DNA of 64,000 bases from Amoebidium appalachense (lineage: Eukaryota > Protista > Ichthyosporea), in NCBI GenBank assembly GCA_963693365.1, contig CAVNZM010000016.1, forward strand, positions 2,941,957 through 3,005,956, given 5' to 3'. Shown one piece after another: positions 31,884 through 43,263 of the stretch. The notes beneath the pieces are model-generated. The model had not been told where the DNA came from. It did not search any database and saw only the letters and a list, made by a program, of their open reading frames with translations. The translations under genes and the position numbers were made by a program. The first letter of the stretch is position 1; the number at the start of each line of letters is the position of its first letter.

Positions 31884-32752
31884 ATTTAATCAAGGGCACG
31901 TGGCAGGAAACCACAAGAAAATAATATACAGAACCGGATGCCGAACCCCCAAAGGGCCTTTTAGGCCCTGTGCCCACCGGTCCCCGGAGGGGTCGATGGA
32001 CCGGCTCCGGGTTTGTATTGTGTGTGGCTGCCGTCAGCCCACAATCCTGCAACAATCCTGCAGATGGTCCCTCGCGGTTTTCTGGCTGACCAGGCCATAA
32101 AGCCCCCAACCCTCAAGGCCTACCGGGATGCTGTTGTTGAGTTCCTGGATTGGTTGCCCCCTGGCACCGACACCAAGTCCCCCGCCGAACTGGACGACCT
32201 CCTGGTGGAGTATTTTGAGGAGTGTTATGCCATTGATCCATCGCGTGGCCAGCGTCAGCGCTGTGTCAACACAGCTGCCGGCATCAAGCATTTCATGCCA
32301 CGCCTGGGTCCACACCTGCAGGCCGCCCAACGGAGCCTGCAGGGCTGGAACCGGCTTGTTCCAGCAAAGACCACGCCCCCGCTTCCGTTTTCATTGGTCC
32401 TCGTCATTGGCCATCATTTGTATTCCAAAATTGGCCCCTTGTTTGGTATTGCTGTTTTGCTTGGATTTGAGTGTTATTTTCGTGTCAGTGAGCTGCTTAT
32501 GCTCACCCGTGCGGATCTTATTTTGCCCGACGACCCCGTTCCCCACCATATGCCACCCGGTACTGGCGGCATCCGCCTGGCCGACACCAAGACCGGTCCA
32601 AATCAGTTTGTCCCCATCACCGATCCGTCCCTGTTGGCCATCCTGTCTTTCTGGTTCCGTGGTGCCCCACCTTCTGCGCGGCTGTTTCCTTTCTCGTATG
32701 ATGTTCTGCGTGTCAAGTTCCAAGCGGCACGTGACTCCCTCGGCCTCGATGA

Positions 32753-33442
32753 TATTAAGTTTGTAAACGTCTTTTCTTTGCAGGAGAATTAGATAGCCCC
32801 GTTAGAGTGAGATTGTGTGTTGCGAGTGTGCGTAAACTTCGTGGTAGTACAATGTTGTAGGCCATGGTGTGTTTGATGTGTGTGCAAAGTTTCAGGCTGC
32901 TAGCATTTTTATTTAGGGAGCTGTAGCTGTTTTTATGTTCTGTGGGATATGCCATATGGATATATTGATGAGTTTGAGTTATATCTAGTCCGAAATGGGC
33001 GGCAATCGATTTGGTCTTTATGATCTAGGGGTTTTAGCCACTTGTGAAAATTTTTCATTGGTTGATGTGCAGCAAAAATTCCATTTTGGTAGATTTCATG
33101 GATTTGATAGGTTCTAAGTCATTTCTTCATATTTCCATAGGCAAAAATGTGGGCCGCGCTATATAATGAGCTTGCGCGGCCCCAGGGAGGTCAGTTGCGG
33201 CGCTACTGAGCGCGTTCAGGTCTTTTTAGGCCCAATTTTTTAGCTAAGTTTTTGCCCACCCACCACACCCTTTGCCTATTTAGGCACTAGGCTACGTTTT
33301 CTGAGCATGTTTCTGTATGACATTTGTCATTCTTTTCATTGCTCCTGTGGAGCACACCTGTGCCTGCTTGTGAGATTGATCCACAGGCACCGGCTTATGT
33401 ATCCCCTTGCTGGGGCTGGTAAAGACGACGTTGGCATAAGAA
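32753..33442 (+). mobile_element. Solo A-spacer-B unit (690 bp, non-coding) of the same family
   Basis: Starts TATTAAGTTTGTAAACG and ends GCATAAGAA. Contains only A, spacer and B. Flanks rejoin the YR sequence with no duplication. Confidence 0.9.
33160..33196 (+). promoter_or_regulatory. Putative Pol II core promoter in the A repeat (TATA box + initiator)
   Basis: TATATAA at 33160 and TCAGTT at 33191-33196 at canonical ~30-bp spacing, with an inverted CCAAT (ATTGG) upstream. The same arrangement (with TATA variants) is in the other A copies, upstream of the gag ATG in A1. Confidence 0.55.
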
Positions 33443-34591
33443 GTATGGGTTCCATCTTCACAGTCTTCGCCATGGTGGTGCCTCGAGAGACTACGTCAGG
33501 GGTGTTTCAGTAGAGACGATTGCTCTGCGTGGTCGATGGAGATCGCATGCCTCCCTCCGCCGGTATGTGCAGGCCGGCCAGTCGCTTGTTCTTTCTATTC
33601 GCGTGCCTGCGTCGCTCTTTGCCCGGGCTGCAGCGCTGCGTCAGTCACCCACGGCATGGTTCGTTCCTTCCCGTGCCAGGTAGGGAGTGGTGGAGCACAC
33701 CTGTGCCTGCTTGTGAGATTGATCCACAGGCACCGGCTCATGTATCCCCTTGCTGGGGCTGGTAAAGACGACGTTGGCATAAGAATATTTAGTTTGTAAA
33801 CGTGTTTTCTTTGCAGGAGAATTAGATAGCCCCGTTGGAGTGAAATTTTGTGTTGCGAGTGTGCTGTAAAATTCGTAGTAGTAGCATGGTGTAGGCTTGG
33901 TGTGTTTGATGTGTTTGCAAAGTTTCAGGCTGCTAGCATTTTTATTTAGGGAGCTGTAGCTGTTTTTATGTTCTGTGGGATATGCCATATGGATATATTG
34001 ATGAGTTTGAGTTATATCTAGTCCGAAATGGGCGGCAATTGATTTGGTCTTTGTGATCTAGGGGTTTTAGCCACTTGTAAAATTTTTTCATTGGTTGATG
34101 TGCAGCAAAAATTCCATTTTGGTAGATTTCATGGATTTGATAGGTTTTAAGTCATTTCTTCATATTTCCATTGGCAAAAATGTGGGCCGCGCTATATAAT
34201 GAGCTTGGGCGGCCCCAGGGAGGTCAGTTGCGGCGCTACTGAGCGCGTTTAGGTCTCTTTAGTCCCAATTTTTTAGCTAAGTTTTTGCCCACCCACCACA
34301 CCCTTTGCCTATTTAGGCACTAGGCTACGTTTTTTGAGCATGTTTCTGTATGACATTTGTCATTCCTTTCATTGCTCCTGTGGTGCACACCTGTGCCTGC
34401 TTGTGAGATTGATCCACAGGCACCGGCTCATGTATCCCCTTGCTGGGGTTGGTAAAGACGACGTTGGCATAAGAATATATATTCGAAGGGAGGAGAGAAG
34501 GTACGAAATGAAAAGGTGCAAAAAAAGAAACGAAAAAAAGGGTCATGCCGTGCGTTCCTCGGTTCAAAAGTCATAAACTTGATTTGAATTG

Positions 34592-34716
<125 letters not shown>

Positions 34717-34718
34717 AA

Positions 34719-35890
34719 TATTTAGTTTGTAAACGTGTTTTCTTTGCAGGAGAATTAGATAGCCCCGTTGGAGAGAAAATGTGTGTTGCGAGTGTGCTGT
34801 AAAATTCGTAGTAGTAGTATGTTTTAGGCCTTGGTGTGTTTGATGTGTGTGCAAAGTTCCAGGCTGCTAGCATTTTTATTTAGGGAGCTAAAGCTGTAGC
34901 TGTTTTATGTTCTGTGGGATATGCCATATGGAAATATTGATGAGTGTGAGTTATATTTAGTATGAAATGGGCGGCAATTGATTTGGTCTTTGTGATCTCG
35001 GGGTTTTAGCCACTTGTGAAAATTTTTCATTGGTTGATGTGCAGCAAAAATTCCATTTTGGTGGATTTAATGGATTTGATAGGTTCTAAGTCATTTCTTC
35101 ATATTTCCATAAGCAAAAGTGTGGGCCGCGCCATATTATGAGCTTGCGCGGCTTCAGGGAGGTCAGTTGCAGTGCTACTGAGCGCGTTTAGGTCTCTTTA
35201 GAACCAATTTTTTAGCTAAGTTTTTGCAACTCTCGTCCCCGTATTTTCGCGCTGTTGTTCGTTTTTTCTCTAGTTTGTTTTGCCCAGGAGCGCGCGCTTA
35301 GCTTCGCCAGCATCTGGTAAGAGTTTTGCGTGCGCACGGTAGCGTTTTAGCTGGTTTTCGGACGTTTTTTGGGTCGTTTTTTCCTGCGTTTTTGCATTTT
35401 TCAGTCTTCGTTTTCAAGTTTTCGTGCTCTAGTCTGGTTTGTGAGCATTGCAATGGCCCCTCCTCCTGCTCTGGTCGCCAAGGGGGCCGCTCTCCTCGAA
35501 AAGCTTTTGGAGATCTCTACCGATGCGGACGACTCAAGTCTCAAAAGTCTGGCCGTTTTGCAGTCCAACGCCCTCCCTTGGAACCGGTGCCTGTGGATCA
35601 ATCTCACAAGCAGGCACAGGTGTGCTCCACAGGAGCAATCAAAAGAATGACAAATGTCAATCAGAAACATGCTCCAAAAACGTAGCCTAGTGCCTAAATA
35701 GGCAAAGGGTGTGGTGGGTGGGCAAAAACTTAGCTAAAAAATTGGGCCTAAAGAGACCTAAAGAGACCTAAACGCGCCTAAACGCCTGGCCCCTTCCTAC
35801 CTCAAGAGCACCTTGGCTGACCAGGCCTCGGTCACTGCGGTTGTCCACGCAGCGGATTGGGTCAGCTACCGCAAGAAACGGGAGGCTCTG
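34719..35890 (+). mobile_element. Ngaro-like copy 2: complete A1, 5' UTR, gag start, then scrambled fragments
   Basis: A1 34719-35227; gag ATG 35453 (MAPPPALVAKG); inverted B2/spacer/A-end piece ~35583-35780; further gag fragment ~35782-35890. Confidence 0.85.
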
Positions 35891-35916
35891 CTGACTCTTT
35901 CGTCATCAGCAAACTT

Positions 35917-36982
35917 CCCCGTGGTATTGCCAATATTGTGAGGCTATTATCTATTGCCAATATCGTAAAAACACCAGATTAATACTGAAGTAATATCAAT
36001 TATCCATTGCCAATGTATTGCGAGTAGAGATTTTCTGTGGTAGAGACGCTATAGAAGTGTAATAGAACTGTAATATTGACGTAATATCGGCATAATATTT
36101 TTATATTATTGTCATACCATGTCAGGTCTACCACCAAAAACTATATACCGTATGAGTAATGTACTGGCAATATCCCAAAATGCGTGTACGTGTACCTATT
36201 AACAATACAATTTCGATATTGTCAATGTACTTATTCGGATTATACTATTGCTTGCGGAGTATTGTCAATACGTTATGAATATATAAAATGTAGGACAATT
36301 TTGTGTCAAATTAGGGTATTGTCCAACGTGGCAAAACTATTGCCAATATATTATGAATGTATTCTTCCTGACCATTTTGGGATATTGCCAATATACCCAT
36401 ATGTCCCATATGGCCGATACAAACATAATGTCGCTATTGGTTATAGGGTTATGATATGATTTTGATAGGATCTCAATTCGGTTGAAATGTATTGCCAATG
36501 TATCCGTCACAATATCAAGACTATTATGCACCTATTATCAATAGGTAAAAGCAACCAAAAAATGGGGCGTGTATTTTATTGCCAATATATTGGTAAAATA
36601 TTGGGGATGAAAGATCAGGTCACTTTACCTATGTAGTCGCAATATTGTGAATGTATTGCCAACACATGTTCAACAAACATGTTCGGAATGTAGTCCTTGT
36701 ATGCGCATGCGCAGTACATTGCTAATACCGTGGTATTAGGGTGGACATATACTGACATTATGTAGATCATATCCTACCCATATCACATCCATATTAGTAG
36801 GACATAAACATGATATAGCAAGAAAACTTTTATCCTATTGCGAATATCTAAGGCACAAGTGGTATTGGCAATGTCACGAATACATCTATAATACTGTCAC
36901 CAATACGGACACAGCTAAGGACACCATATATTGGTTATAGTCTCAGTATATACTGCCAGTATGTTCGAATGCGAACAAATCA
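35917..36982. repeat. AT-rich array of TATTGCCAATA-like motifs (probable subterminal region of another DNA transposon)
   Basis: Repeated ATTGCCAAT/TATTG/CAATA motifs. Similar sequence resumes at 46850-46953 and ~48635-48655. Confidence 0.5.
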
Positions 36983-37777
36983 TTCTTATGCCAACGTCGT
37001 CTTTACCAGCCCCAGCAAGGGGATACATGAGCCGGTGCCTGTGGATCAATCTCACAAGCAGGCACAGGTGTGCTCCACAGGAGCAATGAAAAGAATGACA
37101 AATGTCATACAGAAACATGCTCAAAAAACGTAGCCTAGTGCCTAAATAGGCAAAGGGTGTGTTGGGTGGGCAAAAACTTAGCTAAAAAATTGGGACTAAA
37201 GAGACCTAAACGCGCTCAGTAGCGCCGCAACTGACCTCCCTGGGGCCGCGCAAGCTCATTATAGAGCGCGGCCCACATTTTTGCCTATGGAAATATATGA
37301 AGAAATGACTTAGAACCTATCAAATCCATGAAATCTACCAAAAGAGAATTTTTGCTGCACAACAACCAATGAAACTTTTTCACAAGTGGCTAAAACCCCT
37401 AGATCACAAAGACCAAATCGATTGCCGCCCATTTCGGACTAGATATAACTCAAACTCATCAATATATCCATATGGCATATCCCACAGAATATAAAAACAG
37501 CTACAGCTCCCTAAATAAAAATGCTAGCAGCCTGAAACTTTGCAAACACATCAAACACACCATGGCCTACAACATTATACTACCACGAAGTTTACAGCAC
37601 ACTCGCAACAAACAATCTCACTCCAACGGGGCTATCTAATTCTCCTGCAAAGAAAACACGTTTACAAACTTAATATTCTTATGCCAACGTCGTCTTTACC
37701 AGCCCCAGCAAGGGGATACATGAGCCGGTGCCTGTGGATCAATCTCACAAGCAGGCACAGGTGTGCTCCACCACTCC

Positions 37778-38706
37778 CTACCTGGCACGGGAAGGAACGA
37801 ACCATGCCGTGGGTGACTGACGCAGCGCTGCAGCCCGGGCAAGGAGCGACGCAGGCACGCGAATAGAAAGAACAAGAGACTGGCCGGCCTGCACATACCG
37901 GCGGAGGGAGGCATGCAATCTCCATCTACCACGCAGAGCAATCGTCTCTACTGAAACACCCCTGACATAGTCTCTCGAGGCACCACCATGGCGAAGACTG
38001 TGAAGATGGAATCCATACTCGTTGAGGCCGAGGGAGTCACATGCCGCTTGGAACTTGGCATGCAGAACATCATATGAGAAAGGAAACAGCCGCGCAGAAG
38101 GGGGGCGCCACGGAACCAGAAAGACAGGATGGCCAACAGGGACGGATCGGTGATGGGGACAAACTGATTTGGACCGGTCTTGGTGTCGGCCAGGCGGATG
38201 CCGCCTGTACCGGGTGGCATGTCGTGGGGAACGGGGTCGTCGGGCAAAATAAGATCCGCACGGGTGAGCATAAGCAGCTCACTGACACGAAAATAACACT
38301 CAAATCCAAGCAAAACAGCAATACCAAACAAGGGGCCAATTTTGGAATACAAATGATGGCCAATGACGAGGACCAATGAAAACGGAAGCGGGGGCGTGGT
38401 CTTTGCTGGAACAAGCCGGTTCCAGCCCTGCAGGCTCCGTTGGGCGGCCTGCAGGTGTGGACCCAGGCGTGGCATGAAATGCTTGATGCCGGCAGCTGTG
38501 TTGACACAGCGCTGACGCTGGCCACGCGATGGATCAATGGCATAACACTCCTCAAAATACTCCACCAGGAGGTCGTCCAGTTCGGCGGGGGACTTGGTGT
38601 CGGTACCAGGGGGCAACCAATCCAGGAACTCAACAACAGCATCCCGGTAGGCCTTGAGGGTTGGGGGCTTTATGGCCTGGTCAGCCAGAAAACCGCGAGG
38701 GACCAT
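37778..38706 (-). pseudogene. Tyrosine recombinase of copy 3 (frameshift near 38100)
   Basis: Same protein as the intact 58206-59135; frame lost after FRGAP. Confidence 0.9.
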
Positions 38707-40741
38707 CTGCAGGATTGTGGGCTGACGGCAGCCACACACAATACAAACGAATGTCGAGGGCAAGCGTGTAGGCAGCCACCTGGCGGCATACACGGTTCAG
38801 GCGTCGGGATGCTGAACGACCCGACCCTTAGCAACAGGCCCAAGCAGCGCCGTCGAATCAAGGCCCCAAAGGTAGCGGGAGCCCCGGGCAGCCGTAGACC
38901 GACCTAATCGACGAAGCCCCAGGAGCAAGGCTTCTCCCTCCAGAATGTTGATGTGGTCGGAGTGGCGCCAACGATGACTGATGTTGGTGGTCCACCGGCC
39001 ACCAACAGCTGCCAGAATAGGTGCCGGGGGGGCGGACGGGCTTGGCTCGTGCACAGGACCGGACAGCTGGCTGTAGTGGCCACGCCGGTTGCAGTGAGGC
39101 AGCACTTCGCGGAGAAGCGTTGCTGGAAGCACCCGGGACACCACTGCACCACCCAACAAGGAAGCATCAGTGCAGAATATGGTGCTAGCAAACCCAGAAC
39201 GCAAATCACAACGCATCAAAGGGGCCAAAGCACACATCGCCTGAAGCTCCCACACCACGGGCGGGGGAAGGGGCTGTTCCCGACCCCCGAGCTGCTCCAC
39301 AAAACTGTAGACGGCACTCAGAACCGACAAAAGCGGCCGCTGCAGCAGTGCCGCCCACACCCAACCACCAAGCAACTGCTGCAAACGGAGCTGCGTGACG
39401 ACACCACGACGCAACACGGCCTGGGTTTCCGCCACCAGACGGCACAAGGAAGCGCCAGACAGGCGCAATATCACAGAGCAATGCATTTCCAGGCCTAGCA
39501 GCACCATAGAGGACGACGAACCAGCAGCCACATCCTTCTTGACATTGGAGGGAAGACAAGCCGGGCCGGTGACGCCATGGTACGATTCACGCTGACGATT
39601 GATGGGGGTGGCATCTGTGCCGACCCAGCCACAGTCGTACACATACAGGGCATGCTGCGTGGCCTCCACAGGCCGCGGCACTATCGCACAGAGGCGCTCA
39701 ATGCGGGGCATTCCGGCTTGGTCAGCCAACTGCCCATGGACGCCTTGAGCCATAAGCACAGAATGCACCCAGCCCATGGGCACGGTCTTGAGGGCCGGGT
39801 ACACAAGCCGGTCGGGCCCAGAAATGCCAACAGCCTCCGAAGACACAGGCGGCAATCCGAAGTACCGCCACAGCCACTCGGGGGCAAGAAGACGATGGAA
39901 CTGGTTGTCCATGTCCGACTTGCCAAAATAGAGGCAATCGTCAGGCCCCAGCAACAGATCGGCAAAATCGGCAGGGTTGGGCAGGTGCACCTGGAGGGCA
40001 GGATGATCACAGGCAAAGAACAGGTTGCCACGGCGGCCGTCAAAAATGACGCGGGCTCTGGTGTCTTTGGGGACCCCAAACAGCCCATTGATGGCCAGTG
40101 GATTTTCCTTCGCCTCGAAATAGTGCACCATGCCGCAGTCTTGAAGCCGAAGAAGCAGGGGACCGTATTCCCCACTGGGAACGTGATGCGCCGGTCTGAT
40201 GCGGCGCAGCTCTGCAGGCGTCGGCGGAACAGGCTTGAGAAGGCCTCCGTCGCTTGTAGCCAAAAACGGCTGGCAGCGTAGGAGACAAAAACTGCAACAC
40301 GTCCACTGTGGCTCCAACCCCAGGGGGTGGCAAAGCGGCATTTGCCGCCGTGAGAGGTAGCCATCCTGTCAATACAGGGTAGGCCGCGGGGAACGCAGCC
40401 AAGACACTACTCGCAGGCTGAGCGTCGTAGACACCCACGCGTATAGCATCGTAGCTGGCCCTAAGGACAAAGGTCCACAGGGCATGGTGGTGATTGTTCA
40501 CCATCCGGGTCGGGAATGGGCAAGGGCCGCCTGCCCAGAGCTCGTTGAGGGCACCAAGACAACGGTTAGCCAAGGTAACCCCCTTCAGGCGGTGAGAGAG
40601 ACGTTGCCGACGGCGTTGACTCCGTAGACGGGCTTGTCCAGAACGGTCCGGCACAGGAATGGCCGGAACAGGAAACAAATCAGAGGCGGCAAAGACATGA
40701 CGTGGCATAGCTGTGGAATCCTTAGAAAAATTAGGGGGCAT
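38681..40741 (-). pseudogene. RT/RNase H of copy 3 (frameshifts; YVDD mutated to YVYD)
   Basis: ORFs 40040-40741 and 38797-40341 with RT and RNase H motifs (TDAS, HINILE, LDST). Confidence 0.9.
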
Positions 40742-40818
40742 ATTTAATCAAGGGCACGTGGCAGGAAGCCACAAGAAAAGAATATACAGAACCGCGTGCC
40801 GAACCCCCAAAGGGCCGT

Positions 40819-42222
40819 CTAGGCCCTGTGCCCACCGGTCCCCGGAGGGGTCGATGGACCGGCTCCGGATGGGCCACTGCCGGGACCGCGCCGAGCCCGG
40901 GTGACTTCGGCGAGGGTCTTGGCTTGACGAACAGCCCGGGTGGCCAAGGCAGGGGGCAGGGGCAGGCTGCGCGCAGGGAGCTCTTCAAACTGCTCTGCAA
41001 CAGCCCAGTCCCCGTTGGACTGATCAGCAGTCTGCACAGCCAGCAGACGGCGCACACCAACTTCCACAGCAGGTGACTCCTTGCGGGCCTTAGAATCGGC
41101 GGCCAGCAGCAGATCCAGCATACGGGCAAGCGTCAGAGCCTCCCGTTTGTTGCGGTAGCTGACCCAATCCGCCGCGTGGACAGCCGCATTGACCGAGGCC
41201 TGGTCAGCCAAGATGCTCTTGAGGTAGGAAGGGGCCATATGTTCTTTGACGCGCAAGTTGACTTTGGCGCCGCTGGAGAGCAGATAACGGCTGGGGTTGG
41301 GTTTGGAACGGCCAGAGGAACGACGGCTGCGAGAGGAACGACCGTAGCCACTGCTGCTGGAATCAGAATCCTCATTCGACGATGGGGTGTCTTCACTGCC
41401 GGTGTCGTACGCATAGACAGGCTCCTTGCCCTTTGCCCGCGCAGACAGCTCCCGTGTCAGAGCTCCCGTTTGTTGCGGTAGCTGACCCAATCCGCCGCGT
41501 GGACAGCCGCAGTGACCGAGGCCTGGTCAGCCAAGGTGCTCTTGAGGTAGGAAGGGGCCAGACGTTCTTTGACGCGCAGGTTTGGCGCCGCTGGAGAGCA
41601 GATAACGGCTTTGGCGCCGCTGGAGAGCAGATAACGGCTGGGGTTGGGTTTGGAACGGCCAGAGGAACGATGGCTGCGAGAGGAACGACCGTAGCCACTG
41701 CTGCTGGATGAAGAATCCTCATTCGAAGATGGGGTGTCTTCGCTGCCCGTGTCAGACACATAGACAGGCTCCTTGCCCTTTTGCCCGCGCAGACAGCGTG
41801 CCCAGCAGGCCGCCGGCAGAGGGCTTCTTGTGGTGACCAGACTGGGCAACAGAGAGGGCTTGCAATTGGGCAGAAAGCGCCTGCAGCTGCTCTTGGATGT
41901 CTACACCGTCAGAACGCCGCTGCGGAGAAGGCGACCCAGGTGGGGGGGAGGCACGGCCGCTGCGAGGAGTGCGACAGAGCAAGTGCAGCTGGTCGGTGAC
42001 TTTCCAACCGACCATCTCAGGGTCATCAAAAGCCACCGAGCGCGCCTTGAGGGCTGAAACCACACTGTTGACGGTTTCTGCCGGCAGGCTGTTCCAGGGG
42101 AGGGCGTTGGACTGCAAAACGGCCAGACTTTTGAGGCTTGCGTCGTCCGCATCGGTAGAGATCTCCAAAAGCTTTTCGAGGAGAGCGGCCCCCTTGGCGA
42201 CCAGAGCAGGAGGAGGGGCCAT
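40819..42222 (-). pseudogene. gag-like ORF1 of copy 3 with an internal ~320-bp tandem duplication
   Basis: MAPPPALVAKG start at 42222. Segment LSARAKGKEP...RNKRE is present twice (~41133-41449 and ~41456-41798). Called gag-like by position only. Confidence 0.75.
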
Positions 42223-43263
42223 TGCAATGCTCACAAACCAGACTAGAGCACGAAAACTTGAAAACGAAGACGGGAAAATGCAAAAACGTGGGAAAACCGA
42301 CACCGCAAAAAACGTCCGAAAACCAGCTAAAACGCAACGGCGCGCACGCAAAACTCTTACCAGATGATGCCGAAGCTAAGCGCGCGCTCGTGGGCAAAAA
42401 AAACTAGAGAAAAAACGAACAAGAGCGCGAAAAACGGGGACTAGAGTTGCAAAAACTTAGCTAAAAAATTGGGCCTAAAGAGACCTAAACGCGCTCAGTA
42501 GCGCCGCAACTGACCTCCCTGGGGCCGCGCATGCTCATTATAGAGCGCGGCCCACATTTTTGCCTATGGAAATATGAAGAAATGACTTAGAACCTATCAA
42601 ATCCATGAAATCTACCAAAATGGTCCCGTGTTTTCTTTGCAGGAGAATTAGATAGCCCCGTTGGAGTGAAATTGTGTGTTGCGAGTGTGCTGTAAACTTC
42701 GTGGTAGTATAATGCTGTAGGCCATGGTGTGTTTGATGTGTGTGCAAAGTTTCAGGCTGCTAGCATTTTTCTTTAGGGAGCTGTAGCTGTTTTTATGTTC
42801 TGTGGGATATGCCATATGGATATATTGATGAGTTTGAGTTATATCTAGTCCGAAAGGGGCGGCAATCGATTTGGTCTTTATGATCTAGGGGTTTTAGCCA
42901 CTTGTGAAAATTTTTCATTGGTTGATGTGCAGCAAAAATTCCATTTTGGTAGATTTCATGGATTTGATAGGTTCTAAGTCATTTCTTCATATTTCCATAG
43001 GCAAAAATGTGGGCCGCGCTCTATAATGAGCTTGCGCGGCCCCAGGGAGGTCAGTTGCGGCGCTACTGAGCGCGTTTAGGTCTCCTTAGGCCCAATTTTT
43101 TAGCTAAGGCTCGGCGCGGTCCCGGCAGTGGCCCATCCGGAGCCGGTCCATCGACCCCTCTGGGGACCGGTGGGCACAGGGCCTAAACGACCCTTTGGGG
43201 GTTCCGCACGCGGTTCTGTATATTATTTTCTTGTGGCTTCCTGCCACGTGCCCTTGATTAAAT

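Larger units (their letters stand above)
32064..33683 (+). pseudogene. Tyrosine recombinase of copy 1, split by insertion 32753-33442
   Basis: MVPRGFLADQ...YFRVSEL...TKTG...SLGLDD, then the insertion, then YGFHLHSLRHGGAS...GRWRS...RRYV continues at 33443. Confidence 0.9.
29778..34475 (+). mobile_element. Ngaro-like YR retrotransposon copy 1 (5' deleted, RT region inverted, YR interrupted by a solo unit)
   Basis: Left terminus TATTTAGTTTGTAAACG at 29778 (only ~54 bp of A1); inverted gag-end/RT/RH at 29840-32010; YR 32064-33683; B1 33690-33785; A2 33786-34288; B2 ~34380-34475 ending GCATAAGAA. Confidence 0.85.
36983..42623 (-). mobile_element. Ngaro-like copy 3 (near full length, A1 truncated)
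   Basis: B2 36983-37078, A2 37170-37675, B1 37676-37771, YR, RT/RH, gag, partial A1 42449-42623. Confidence 0.92.
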
